From positions 144,488 through 208,487 of the forward strand of contig JAVRCV020000032.1 in the NCBI GenBank assembly GCA_034530615.2: 64,000 nt of DNA. Direction: 5' to 3'. The position numbers were made by a program, and so were the translations under genes. This document shows positions 30,534-37,284 of the stretch, in pieces (within the stretch, counting starts at the first letter, position 1; the number at the start of each line of letters is the position of its first letter). Below the pieces are notes generated by a model. It was not told where the DNA came from. It searched no databases and was given only the letters and a program-made list of their open reading frames with translations. Source of the stretch: Aulosira sp. ZfuVER01 (GTDB taxonomy: Bacteria; Cyanobacteriota; Cyanobacteriia; Cyanobacteriales; Nostocaceae).

Positions 30534-31502
30534 TTAACTCTGCATTTGTGGGGTAATTTTACGACTACAATACATCACCAAAATCACAAACAATCCCATC
30601 CCGGCAAGATATTTTAAAGAGTCTGGGATGCTTGGATTAGGAGAGAAAAAACCCTCGATAGTACCCGCAATTATCAACATCGGCACAATTCCAAATACTA
30701 ACTGCACCGCTTGGGAACCATACAATTTGAGCGCATCACGACGACGATATTCACCAGGGAATAATATCGCCTTTGCTAATAACAATCCTGCACCACCAGC
30801 AAAAAAGATAGCGGGTAATTCTAGGGAACCATGCGGAAACACAAACGCCCAAAAAGGATAGGCAAGTTGATTTTGACCTACCAAAGTGCCAATAGCACCA
30901 ATCAATAAACCATTAAATAACATTAAATATGTTGTGTATGCCCCGGCTGTAATCCCACCAGCAACAGCCCCGAAGGAAACCGACAAATTATTAATCATAA
31001 TACTGCTAGATGCTAAGGGTTCAATGCCAACAATTGACCCCATCCACAATTTATGATCGTCGCGCACACGGGAAATCAAGCTTTCAGGTACAATCAGCGA
31101 CATAAAATTTGGATCTTGCCAAGCGTACCACCAAGCAACTAACGCCCCCAACAAAAACAAGCCCGTAGCAGCAGCAGTATATGCGAATGTTTGCTGTACT
31201 ACAGCTGGTAAACCCCATTTATAGAATTTCACAACAGCTTGCCATTCTTGACGACGCGAACCTTGATAAATCTGCGTATAGGCGCGAGTTGTTAAAGATT
31301 GTAAACTGTGTATCAAAGTATTGCCGACTTGATGAGTACGGGCACGTGCTAAATCTGCGGCTACTGAACGATATAAACTCGCCAATTCCCGAATTTCTAA
31401 TGCCTTCAGCGACTTTAACCCTTTTTTTTCTACCTGCCGTAATAGGGTATCCAAACGCTGCCAATTTATTTCCCGTCGTGCAATCCAACGTTGAATATTC
31501 AT
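30534..31502 (-). CDS. Stage II sporulation protein M (DUF95) family membrane protein
   Basis: LYRSVAADLARA, IMINN, PHGSLELPAI and IEGFFSP motifs. Confidence 0.88.
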   Translation of the reverse strand: MNIQRWIARREINWQRLDTLLRQVEKKGLKSLKALEIRELASLYRSVAADLARARTHQVGNTLIHSLQSLTTRAYTQIYQGSRRQEWQAVVKFYKWGLPAVVQQTFAYTAAATGLFLLGALVAWWYAWQDPNFMSLIVPESLISRVRDDHKLWMGSIVGIEPLASSSIMINNLSVSFGAVAGGITAGAYTTYLMLFNGLLIGAIGTLVGQNQLAYPFWAFVFPHGSLELPAIFFAGGAGLLLAKAILFPGEYRRRDALKLYGSQAVQLVFGIVPMLIIAGTIEGFFSPNPSIPDSLKYLAGMGLFVILVMYCSRKITPQMQS

Positions 31503-31581
31503 AAGTTTTGCCAGGATTGGGTTGAGTTTACCTTAAGATAGCCTCAATTCATCTCCGTACTTGCAAGGAAAATTTAACATC

Positions 31582-32436
31582 ATGTCTGGCGATTTTGGTT
31601 CTCCCAGCCCTATGCAACCCCTCAGTGTGGGAAATGTCGTGAGTGCAGGAATGCGATTGTATCGTTCTCACCTCAAGGAATACTATTTACTGGCTCTGAA
31701 GGCTTATTTTTGGATACTAGTTCCAGTTTATGGGTGGGCAAAGTTTTATGCTCTGTCCGCACTGATTTCTCGCTTGGCTTTTGGCGATTTAGTCGATCAA
31801 CCCGAAAGCATCGCCACTGGTGAACGTTATGTCAATTCCAGATTATGGCAATTTTTGCTGACGATGCTATTAATGTTGATTGTAGGTATGGGAATTGTCT
31901 TTGGTGTTGGGTTTATATTTGTCTTGATTGGCGTTTTATCAGCTGTTGTGGTGGGAGGGATAGGTCAACAATCAAGTCCTGCTGCTGCTTTACTGGTTGG
32001 TTTAATCGCTTTTATTTTAGGTTTGGGGGCATTTGTGGCAGTTTTGTGGCTGTTGACACGTTTTTATTTAGTGGATGTGCCCCTGGCAATTGAGGATAAC
32101 ATTGATGCTACTTCCACTATCGGTCGTAGCTGGGAGTTAACTCAAGGTTACGTGTGGCGAATTCTCTTGATCGGGTTTGTGGCTTTTTTGATCACAATAC
32201 CTATTCAAATTTTGGTGCAAATTCTATCGACAATTGTGCAGCTAATTTTTATGCCTTTGATACAACAAGGAAATAGTGCTATTGGCGTGCTTATGTTCTT
32301 GTTAATCTTAGCTTTAAGTTTTGCCACTGGGGCTGCGATCGTTCCATTTTGGCAAACCGTCAAAGCTGTGATTTACTATGACTTGCGCAGTCGTCGTGAA
32401 GGCTTAGGCTTGAAGTTACGCGATCGCGAAATTTAA
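31582..32436 (+). CDS. Integral membrane protein (DUF975/GDPD-membrane-domain-like)
   Basis: PLSVGNVVS, RSWELTQG and YYDLRSRREGL motifs; multiple TM helices; ATG at 31582. Confidence 0.75.
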   Translation: MSGDFGSPSPMQPLSVGNVVSAGMRLYRSHLKEYYLLALKAYFWILVPVYGWAKFYALSALISRLAFGDLVDQPESIATGERYVNSRLWQFLLTMLLMLIVGMGIVFGVGFIFVLIGVLSAVVVGGIGQQSSPAAALLVGLIAFILGLGAFVAVLWLLTRFYLVDVPLAIEDNIDATSTIGRSWELTQGYVWRILLIGFVAFLITIPIQILVQILSTIVQLIFMPLIQQGNSAIGVLMFLLILALSFATGAAIVPFWQTVKAVIYYDLRSRREGLGLKLRDREI

Positions 32437-32569
32437 ATGCTAGTAATGTGGAAGTCAATAGTCAAGAGTCAATAGGCAAGAGTAAAAGGACAGTTTGTTA
32501 TTTCTCCTTCTGCTCCTTGTCTCCCTTGTCACTGAGACTTCCTTCTAATGAGCGAATTTTAAATTGCTT

Positions 32570-33349
32570 ATGCACCTTTTTAATCGTATTAAGTTCCGTA
32601 CCCCAGAAAGTGTCGAACTAGAATTTACTCTCGCAGGAATTGGTAATCGTGCCTGGGCTTTGATAATTGATTACCATATTTTAGCCTTAATTTTAGTAGC
32701 TTTTTATATTATTTTTTGGATTCTGATAGTACAATTTTCAGATTTTTGGATAACAGTTTTTGGCTCTACTTTAGGTTTGTGGATGATGGCGATCGCATTC
32801 TTGATCGCGTTTGCCATTTATGCTGGTTATTTCGTATTTTTTGAAACTCTATGGCAAGGGCAAACCTTTGGTAAGCGCTTTGCTAAAATCCGCGTTGTCC
32901 GAGATGATGGTAGACCAATTGGACTACAACAAGCAGCTTTACGTGGTTTACTACGTCCCATTGATGAATTCTTATTTATCGGCGCTTTTTTAATTATGTT
33001 AGGTCGTCAAGAAAAGCGCTTAGGTGATTTCGCGGCAGGGACAATTGTCATTCAAGACCAAATACCCACTGGTTCAGCAACTATTACTATCTCAGAACAG
33101 GCAAAGTCACTCCATGAAGAACTAAGTCAAATTGCTGATTTATCACCATTGTTACCAGATGATTTTGCTGTAATTCGAGAATATTTACAAAGACGTAGTG
33201 GAATGTCAGCTAGGTCAAGATCCTCACTATCCTTAAAGTTATCCCAACAGGTTCAAGCTATTATTAACTTAGAGCAAATGCCTCCAGGTGTTTCACCTGA
33301 TGTATTTTTAGAAGCTATTTATATTGCTTATAAACAGAGAGAGTTTTAA
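32570..33349 (+). CDS. RDD family protein
   Basis: TPESVEL, AGIGNRAWALIID, GQTFGKR and KRLGDFAAGTIV motifs. Confidence 0.9.
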   Translation: MHLFNRIKFRTPESVELEFTLAGIGNRAWALIIDYHILALILVAFYIIFWILIVQFSDFWITVFGSTLGLWMMAIAFLIAFAIYAGYFVFFETLWQGQTFGKRFAKIRVVRDDGRPIGLQQAALRGLLRPIDEFLFIGAFLIMLGRQEKRLGDFAAGTIVIQDQIPTGSATITISEQAKSLHEELSQIADLSPLLPDDFAVIREYLQRRSGMSARSRSSLSLKLSQQVQAIINLEQMPPGVSPDVFLEAIYIAYKQREF

Positions 33350-33436
33350 ATATAAAATTTAAATGTTTTAGATAATTTATGCTAAATCAATAGTCAAAAG
33401 TCCAGAATGTTATGACTAATGACTATTGACTAATGA

Positions 33437-34231
33437 CTATTGACTAAAAACTAAACTCGGCCAGTCAATTTGGCGATAATAGCGTGTCATGTCGTCAAAT
33501 TTTCTCAGTTCAACGCGATCAACTAAAAATCCTGGTGAGTTTAACAGCCATTGTTGATTCAAATTAGAGAGCATGGTACTAAAACCTGTACGGTCTAGTT
33601 CGGGTGAAACTTCTCCAAAATAACCTAATGTAATGTGGGCAGTGAAGTGATAATGTTGTTCAATACCCAAAGCCATTAACTGGGGATTTTGATAAACAGT
33701 GCGGCGAAATTTAATCACCTGTTCGTAGCAACGCTCATCCTGCGGTACTAAACAAACTCCGATAGCTCTGGGCATGACTATCAATCCCAGTACTTGCCAA
33801 TATATAGGTTGACGATCGTTTGCGATCGCTTTTTGATAGTCCTGAAATATTTCAGCCAAGCAAGAACATAATTGCTGTTCAAATTCGGGGTTTTTCTCGC
33901 AGGCGTCACGGAAAGCACTATCCCAAATCAAATCTGCTAACGTCAAATGAAAGCTAGTATCTGGTACAGGCACAATCAAATCACTGTTGGCAGACAACTG
34001 TAACAATTGTTGTTGATAACTTTGTAACTGGGAGTAGAAAGCAGAGTTTTCTGTTGCTTCTACCGCCGGTGGGGTAATTAGCGTGTAGCCAGGAAATGGT
34101 ACTGCTTGTCTCAACCCGGAATCTGGCTGAAATTTAGAAGACTCCTGAATATGTTGGACTTGGGATCTGTAAGCTTCTGGTAGCATCATTCGTGCTACCC
34201 GATTCAAGTAAGTTTGATAATTGTCGTCCAA
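33437..34231 (-). CDS. DUF1868 / 2H-phosphoesterase superfamily protein
   Basis: Two HxT motifs (FHLTLA, AHITLGY) and PFPGYT. Confidence 0.8.
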   Translation of the reverse strand: MDDNYQTYLNRVARMMLPEAYRSQVQHIQESSKFQPDSGLRQAVPFPGYTLITPPAVEATENSAFYSQLQSYQQQLLQLSANSDLIVPVPDTSFHLTLADLIWDSAFRDACEKNPEFEQQLCSCLAEIFQDYQKAIANDRQPIYWQVLGLIVMPRAIGVCLVPQDERCYEQVIKFRRTVYQNPQLMALGIEQHYHFTAHITLGYFGEVSPELDRTGFSTMLSNLNQQWLLNSPGFLVDRVELRKFDDMTRYYRQIDWPSLVFSQ

Positions 34232-34390
34232 TCTCGTTGGCCTCGCGCTCTCACTGGATAGATTTTAGCTGAATAGGCGGGAAGCCTCGCATTCCATCTG
34301 TAAGGGTGAGCTTATAAATGAGAGTCTATGAAATTTATCCGCTTAAACAGACTTTACCAAAAGCGTTGAGAAAGCGATCGCATTTTAACA

Positions 34391-34464
34391 ATCCACCAGA
34401 GAGGTACTGCCCCTCCTGTTACCGCGTTATCAGCACGGTGCCTCACTTTTCGGCTTCTGGTGGA
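34391..34464 (-). tRNA. trnI: tRNA-Ile(GAU), atypical T-loop
   Basis: Acceptor stem TCCACCA/TGGTGGA; anticodon loop CTGATAA; T-loop GCAGTAC. Confidence 0.75.
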
Positions 34465-34467
34465 AGG

Positions 34468-34550
34468 CGGAAGATGGAGGAATCGAACCCCTAGGTGTTA
34501 CCCCACCCCGGTTTTCAAGACCGGTTGCCGACCATTCAGCGGCATCTTCC
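34468..34550 (-). tRNA. trnS: tRNA-Ser(UGA)
   Basis: Anticodon loop CTTGAAA; long variable arm; G73. Confidence 0.9.
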
Positions 34551-34557
34551 ATTCAGG

Positions 34558-34632
34558 GGTGTCTGACGGGGCTTGAACCCGTTATGACTGGTTCCACAAA
34601 CCAGCACCGCGACCACTTTGGCTTCAGACACC
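34558..34632 (-). tRNA. trnH: tRNA-His(GUG)
   Basis: Anticodon loop TTGTGGA; 8-bp acceptor stem including G-1:C73. Confidence 0.88.
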
Positions 34633-34637
34633 ACCAG

Positions 34638-34711
34638 TGGAGCCAAGGGGATTTGAACCCCTAACCTTCCGCTTGCAAGGCGGATGCTCTAGCCAGTTGA
34701 GCTATGGTCCC
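34638..34711 (-). tRNA. trnA: tRNA-Ala(UGC)
   Basis: Anticodon loop CTTGCAA; G3:U70; A73. Confidence 0.9.
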
Positions 34712-34714
34712 ATT

Positions 34715-34789
34715 TGGCAGGAGTGGTAGGACTTGAACCTACATCGGTCGATTTAGAAGATCGATGCCCATCCATTAGGCGACACTCCC
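34715..34789 (-). tRNA. trnR: tRNA-Arg(UCU)
   Basis: Anticodon loop CTTCTAA; CCA encoded. Confidence 0.9.
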
Positions 34790-34795
34790 ATAAAT

Positions 34796-34871
34796 TGGTA
34801 GCCCTAGCAGGGATTGAACCTGCGACTTCCTCTTTGTAAGAGAGGCACTCTCCCCACTGAGTTACAGGGCT
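34796..34871 (-). tRNA. trnV: tRNA-Val(UAC)
   Basis: Anticodon loop CTTACAA; CCA encoded. Confidence 0.9.
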
Positions 34872-34876
34872 ACGAG

Positions 34877-34948
34877 AGCGAGTGATGGGATTTGAACCCA
34901 TGCGCTGAGTGTGGCGCACTCAGATGCTAGCCACTACATCACACCCGC
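34877..34948 (-). tRNA. trnG: tRNA-Gly(GCC) with non-canonical anticodon loop
   Basis: Acceptor stem GCGGGTG/CACTCGC; U73; anticodon loop GCGCCAC (no U33). Confidence 0.7.
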
Positions 34949-34971
34949 ATCGAAGAACCTATACGGTTCAG

Positions 34972-35042
34972 AGCGATCGACGAGACTCGAACTCGTACCG
35001 TGAGTTTGGAAGACTCTGATGCTGCCTTTACACCACGATCGC
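34972..35042 (-). tRNA. trnG: tRNA-Gly(UCC)
   Basis: Anticodon loop CTTCCAA; acceptor stem GCGATCG/CGATCGC; U73. Confidence 0.88.
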
Positions 35043-35046
35043 ATTA

Positions 35047-35120
35047 AGCTGGTAACAGGAATTGAACCTGCAACCTACTGATTACAAGTCAGTTGCTCTG
35101 CCAGATTGAGCTACACCAGC
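35047..35120 (-). tRNA. trnT: tRNA-Thr(UGU)
   Basis: Anticodon loop CTTGTAA; canonical D and T arms. Confidence 0.9.
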
Positions 35121-35123
35121 ATT

Positions 35124-35201
35124 TGGTAGCGGAGGTGGGATTTGAACCCACTACGTGAAGGCTTATGAGACCTCAGAGCGCACCATAGCTCTATCTCCGC
35201 G
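35124..35201 (-). tRNA. trnM: tRNA-Met(CAU), initiator-like (C1:U72 mismatch)
   Basis: Anticodon loop CTCATAA; 5' end CGCGGAG; CCA encoded. Confidence 0.8.
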
Positions 35202-35202
35202 A

Positions 35203-35276
35203 TACCCCTGACTGGATTTGAACCAGCAACTTCCAAATTTTAAGTTTGGCACCTCTTCCAATTGGGTTACAGGGGC
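35203..35276 (-). tRNA. trnL: tRNA-Leu(UAA), short variable region, no intron
   Basis: Anticodon loop CTTAAAA; A73. Confidence 0.85.
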
Positions 35277-35282
35277 AAGTTT

Positions 35283-35357
35283 TGGTGGGCGCTACAGGAA
35301 TTGAACCTGTGTGAGCCTGATTAAGAGTCAGGAGCATAACCGTTCTGCCAAACGCCC
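35283..35357 (-). tRNA. trnK: tRNA-Lys(CUU)
   Basis: Anticodon loop CTCTTAA; CCA encoded. Confidence 0.88.
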
Positions 35358-35363
35358 TAGTTT

Positions 35364-35438
35364 TGGTGGGTCGCCCAGGGGTTGAACCTGGATAAGTCTA
35401 CTTAAAAGGTAGCTGCATATCCGCTCTGCCAACGACCC
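35364..35438 (-). tRNA. trnK: tRNA-Lys(UUU)
   Basis: Anticodon loop CTTTTAA; CCA encoded. Confidence 0.88.
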
Positions 35439-35442
35439 AAGT

Positions 35443-35520
35443 TGGTACTCCCGACAGGATTTGAACCTGCAACAATTCCGTCCCTCAAACGGAAGCGTTT
35501 ACCAATTTCGCCACGGGAGC
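35443..35520 (-). tRNA. trnL: tRNA-Leu(GAG), short variable region
   Basis: Anticodon loop TTGAGGG; CCA encoded. Confidence 0.85.
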
Positions 35521-35525
35521 ATCAG

Positions 35526-35599
35526 TACCCCTGACAGGAGTCGAACCTGCAAAACACTCGGTCTAAACGAGCGACGGTTTCCAATTACGTCACAGGGGC
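35526..35599 (-). tRNA. trnL: tRNA-Leu(UAG), short variable region
   Basis: Anticodon loop TTTAGAC. Confidence 0.85.
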
Positions 35600-35602
35600 A
35601 AA

Positions 35603-35679
35603 TGGTCGGGATGGCAGGATTTGAACCTGCAACCTTCAGCTCCCAAAGCTGCCGCGCTACCAAGTTGCGCCACATCCCG
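35603..35679 (-). tRNA. trnP: tRNA-Pro(UGG)
   Basis: 5' end CGGGATG; anticodon loop TTTGGGA; CCA encoded. Confidence 0.92.
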
Positions 35680-35680
35680 T

Positions 35681-35761
35681 TGGTACTCCTGACGGGAGTC
35701 GAACCCGTACAAAATAGACTGTTTTTGAGACAGCCGCCTCTTCCAATTGGGCTACAGGAGC
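35681..35761 (-). tRNA. trnL: tRNA-Leu(CAA), reduced variable region
   Basis: Anticodon loop CTCAAAA; CCA encoded. Confidence 0.85.
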
Positions 35762-35767
35762 ATAATT

Positions 35768-35843
35768 TGGCTGCCCTGCCAGGGTTTGAACCTGGAATCT
35801 CCTCGTTCAAAGCGAGGGATGTTGCCAGTTACACCACAGGGCA
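35768..35843 (-). tRNA. trnQ: tRNA-Gln(UUG)
   Basis: Anticodon loop CTTTGAA; U1:A72; GCCA end. Confidence 0.9.
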
Positions 35844-35848
35844 ATGAT

Positions 35849-35925
35849 TGGCTGCCGAGGTTGGGGTCGAACCAACATCTCCGTGATTCAGAGTCACAGC
35901 GACTTTCCAAGTCGTCCACTCGGCA
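35849..35925 (-). tRNA. trnQ: tRNA-Gln(CUG)
   Basis: Anticodon loop CTCTGAA; U1:A72; GCCA end. Confidence 0.88.
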
Positions 35926-35930
35926 ATGAA

Positions 35931-36006
35931 TGGCTGCCCAAGTAGGAATCGAACCTACAACAAAGCGGTTAACAGCCGCTTGCTCTGCCAATTGAGCTAT
36001 GGGGCA
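35931..36006 (-). tRNA. trnN: tRNA-Asn(GUU)
   Basis: Anticodon loop CTGTTAA; U1:A72; GCCA end. Confidence 0.9.
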
Positions 36007-36015
36007 ATGTGCCAG

Positions 36016-36090
36016 TCCCCCAGATCCGGATTGAACGGATGACCTCCTGTTCTTCAAACAGGCGCTACTACCAACTGAGCTACCAGGGGA
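36016..36090 (-). tRNA. trnF: tRNA-Phe(GAA)
   Basis: Anticodon loop TTGAAGA; canonical D and T arms. Confidence 0.88.
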
Positions 36091-36095
36091 TAAGG

Positions 36096-36169
36096 CGAGA
36101 ACGGAGGGACTTGAACCCCCACTCTTCAGGTTCGTAATCTGAGATGTTATCCAGTTACACCACGTTCTC
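36096..36169 (-). tRNA. trnR: tRNA-Arg(ACG)
   Basis: Anticodon loop TTACGAA. Confidence 0.88.
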
Positions 36170-36175
36170 ATAAGG

Positions 36176-36260
36176 CGGAGAGAGAGGGAATTGAACCCAC
36201 AGTGGACTTGCATCCACGACTGTTTAGCAAACAGCTTGCCCTGCCAATAGCAATCTCTCC
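36176..36260 (-). tRNA. trnS: tRNA-Ser(GCU)
   Basis: Anticodon loop TTGCTAA; long variable arm GTGGA..TCCAC; G73. Confidence 0.88.
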
Positions 36261-36264
36261 ATGA

Positions 36265-36345
36265 TGGGTCGGGCTGGAATTGAACCAGCAACGCAAACGC
36301 GGCGGTTTTACAGACCGTTGCCCACACCAATAGGCGAGCCGACCC
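36265..36345 (-). tRNA. trnY: tRNA-Tyr(GUA)
   Basis: Anticodon loop CTGTAAA; variable arm present; A73. Confidence 0.88.
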
Positions 36346-36363
36346 ATATATGTTTGAGTAATT

Positions 36364-36435
36364 ACTTGAGATTTCTGGGTGAAATAAAGGAATGGAGAGA
36401 CCAGTTTTCCTGTTCTCTGCCATCCCAACTCAAGT
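36364..36435 (-). ncRNA. Structured non-tRNA spacer RNA (long interrupted hairpin) inside the tRNA array
   Basis: Nested pairings ACTTGAG/CTCAAGT, TGGG/CCCA, ATGG/CCAT, AGAGA/TCTCT and CAG/CTG. Confidence 0.45.
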
Positions 36436-36438
36436 CAG

Positions 36439-36512
36439 CAGTGCCGACGGGGATTGAACCCGCAATCTCCTGCTTGAAAGACAGGTGGCTTTACCAATTT
36501 GCCTACGGCACC
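36439..36512 (-). tRNA. trnE: tRNA-Glu(UUC)
   Basis: Anticodon loop CTTTCAA; acceptor stem GGTGCCG/CGGCACT. Confidence 0.88.
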
Positions 36513-36523
36513 AAGATTGAGAT

Positions 36524-36665
36524 TTCTACCACGCGCAAGTTTGAGAAGCTGTTTTTAACAGCCTCCAAGTTTGGTTTGGCGGAGGCTGTAGGAGTCGAAC
36601 CTACTTCGGTTTTATAGACCGATTAACCAGTTTGTAAGCTTCTGATGTTGGGGCACGTGGTAGAA
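36524..36665 (-). ncRNA. Circularly permuted, anticodon-less tRNA-like RNA (Ser-type acceptor; Y-RNA/YrlA-like topology)
   Basis: A 13-bp closing stem, variable-arm hairpin and perfect T-arm are followed by AGCCTCC-G-CCA, and only then by the complementary GGAGGCT acceptor strand. Confidence 0.6.
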
Positions 36666-36736
36666 CGCAGAGACTAGGATTTGAACCCAGACCAAAGGTT
36701 TTGGAGACCCTTATGCTGCCGTTACACTATCCCTGC
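36666..36736 (-). tRNA. trnW: tRNA-Trp(CCA)
   Basis: Anticodon loop CTCCAAA; G73. Confidence 0.88.
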
Positions 36737-36739
36737 ATT

Positions 36740-36840
36740 TGGTCGCAGCGGCGAGAGTTGTAGACGCGGAGCGGCTTCCCGAAGGGTACTCGCATAATCT
36801 CGGTTATGAGCCGAGTACCTTGCCGTTAGGTTACACTGCA
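36740..36840 (-). tRNA. tRNA-Met/Ile2(CAU) with a 26-bp insertion in the T-loop (possible pseudogene)
   Basis: Anticodon loop CTCATAA; CCA encoded; T-stem GCGAG/CTCGC encloses an extra GC-rich insert. Confidence 0.75.
36760..36788. mobile_element. Small dispersed repeat-like insertion (GTA-GACGCGGAGCGGCTTCCCGAAGG-GTA) in a tRNA T-loop
   Basis: Flanked by GTA direct repeats; removing 26 nt restores a 7-nt T-loop. Confidence 0.65.
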
Positions 36841-36845
36841 ACGTT

Positions 36846-36920
36846 TGGAGTCCGAGGTGGGAATTGAACCCACGATGATTGATTTTGCAGACCAACGCCT
36901 TTCCACTTGGCTACTCGGAC
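36846..36920 (-). tRNA. trnC: tRNA-Cys(GCA)
   Basis: Anticodon loop CTGCAAA; U73; CCA encoded. Confidence 0.9.
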
Positions 36921-36925
36921 ATTTT

Positions 36926-37002
36926 TGGAAGCCTCGACGGGAGTTGCACCCGCTTCTCTCTGACTGAGAATCAGAGCGACTTTTCTATTCGTCCACAAGG
37001 CT
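36926..37002 (-). tRNA. trnE: tRNA-Glu(CUC), atypical T-loop
   Basis: Anticodon loop TTCTCAG; T-loop TGCAACT; CCA encoded. Confidence 0.8.
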
Positions 37003-37005
37003 ACA

Positions 37006-37081
37006 CGGGGATGATGGGATTTGAACCCACGTTCTTTCGCTCGACAGGCGACTGCTTTTAACCGGACTAAGCTACACCCCC
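37006..37081 (-). tRNA. trnD: tRNA-Asp(GUC), first gene of the array
   Basis: Anticodon loop CTGTCGA; G73. Confidence 0.88.
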
Positions 37082-37103
37082 ACGTTGGGTGGCAATTATT
37101 CAG

Positions 37104-37115
37104 TTTTCAAGGTTC
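37104..37115 (-). promoter_or_regulatory. rrn-type boxA antitermination element in the array leader
   Basis: GAACCTTGAAAA(CTG), matching the cyanobacterial rRNA-operon boxA. Confidence 0.6.
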
Positions 37116-37158
37116 AGAGGTGTTAGCGCTGTGCCTTTTGCAGAGGCTCTTTTGCTTC

Positions 37159-37208
37159 ACTACATGTATACTACATATATACTACAAAACTGTCAAGGGC
37201 ATACTACA
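37159..37208 (-). promoter_or_regulatory. Sigma70-type promoter of the tRNA array overlapped by phased ATACTACA operator boxes (TrcR-like repressor site)
   Basis: TTGACA (37196-37191), 17-nt spacer, TAGTAT (37173-37168); ATACTACA at 37168, 37179 and 37201, plus ACTACA at 37159. Confidence 0.8.
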
Positions 37209-37284
37209 ATTTTTTTTTAGAAGTGAGAGGACAGGATTATGTAATCGTTGTATTGCCCTCTCTGACTGGCTTTAGGGGAGTGAA

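Larger units (their letters stand above)
34391..37081 (-). other. tRNA gene array (cyanobacterial trn operon / L-array type) of 30 tRNA genes covering all 20 amino acids
   Basis: Tightly packed cloverleaf sequences, all on the minus strand, with short spacers; HNH gene upstream. Confidence 0.95.

Noticed and set aside
34276..34312. GGCGGGAAGCCTCGC... resembling an IS200/IS605 end remnant at the array boundary
   Set aside because: Too short and degenerate, with no tnpA/tnpB nearby; cannot be supported without a search
36524..36665. Permuted element as a two-piece tmRNA or tRNA-Sec
   Set aside because: It has no G3:U70/A73 alanine identity, no tag reading frame and is too short for tmRNA; it has no UCA anticodon arm
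34689..37275. ORFs predicted across the tRNA array (e.g. 35461..35847, 35752..36423, 36261..36617)
   Set aside because: They are incidental translations of tRNA genes on either strand
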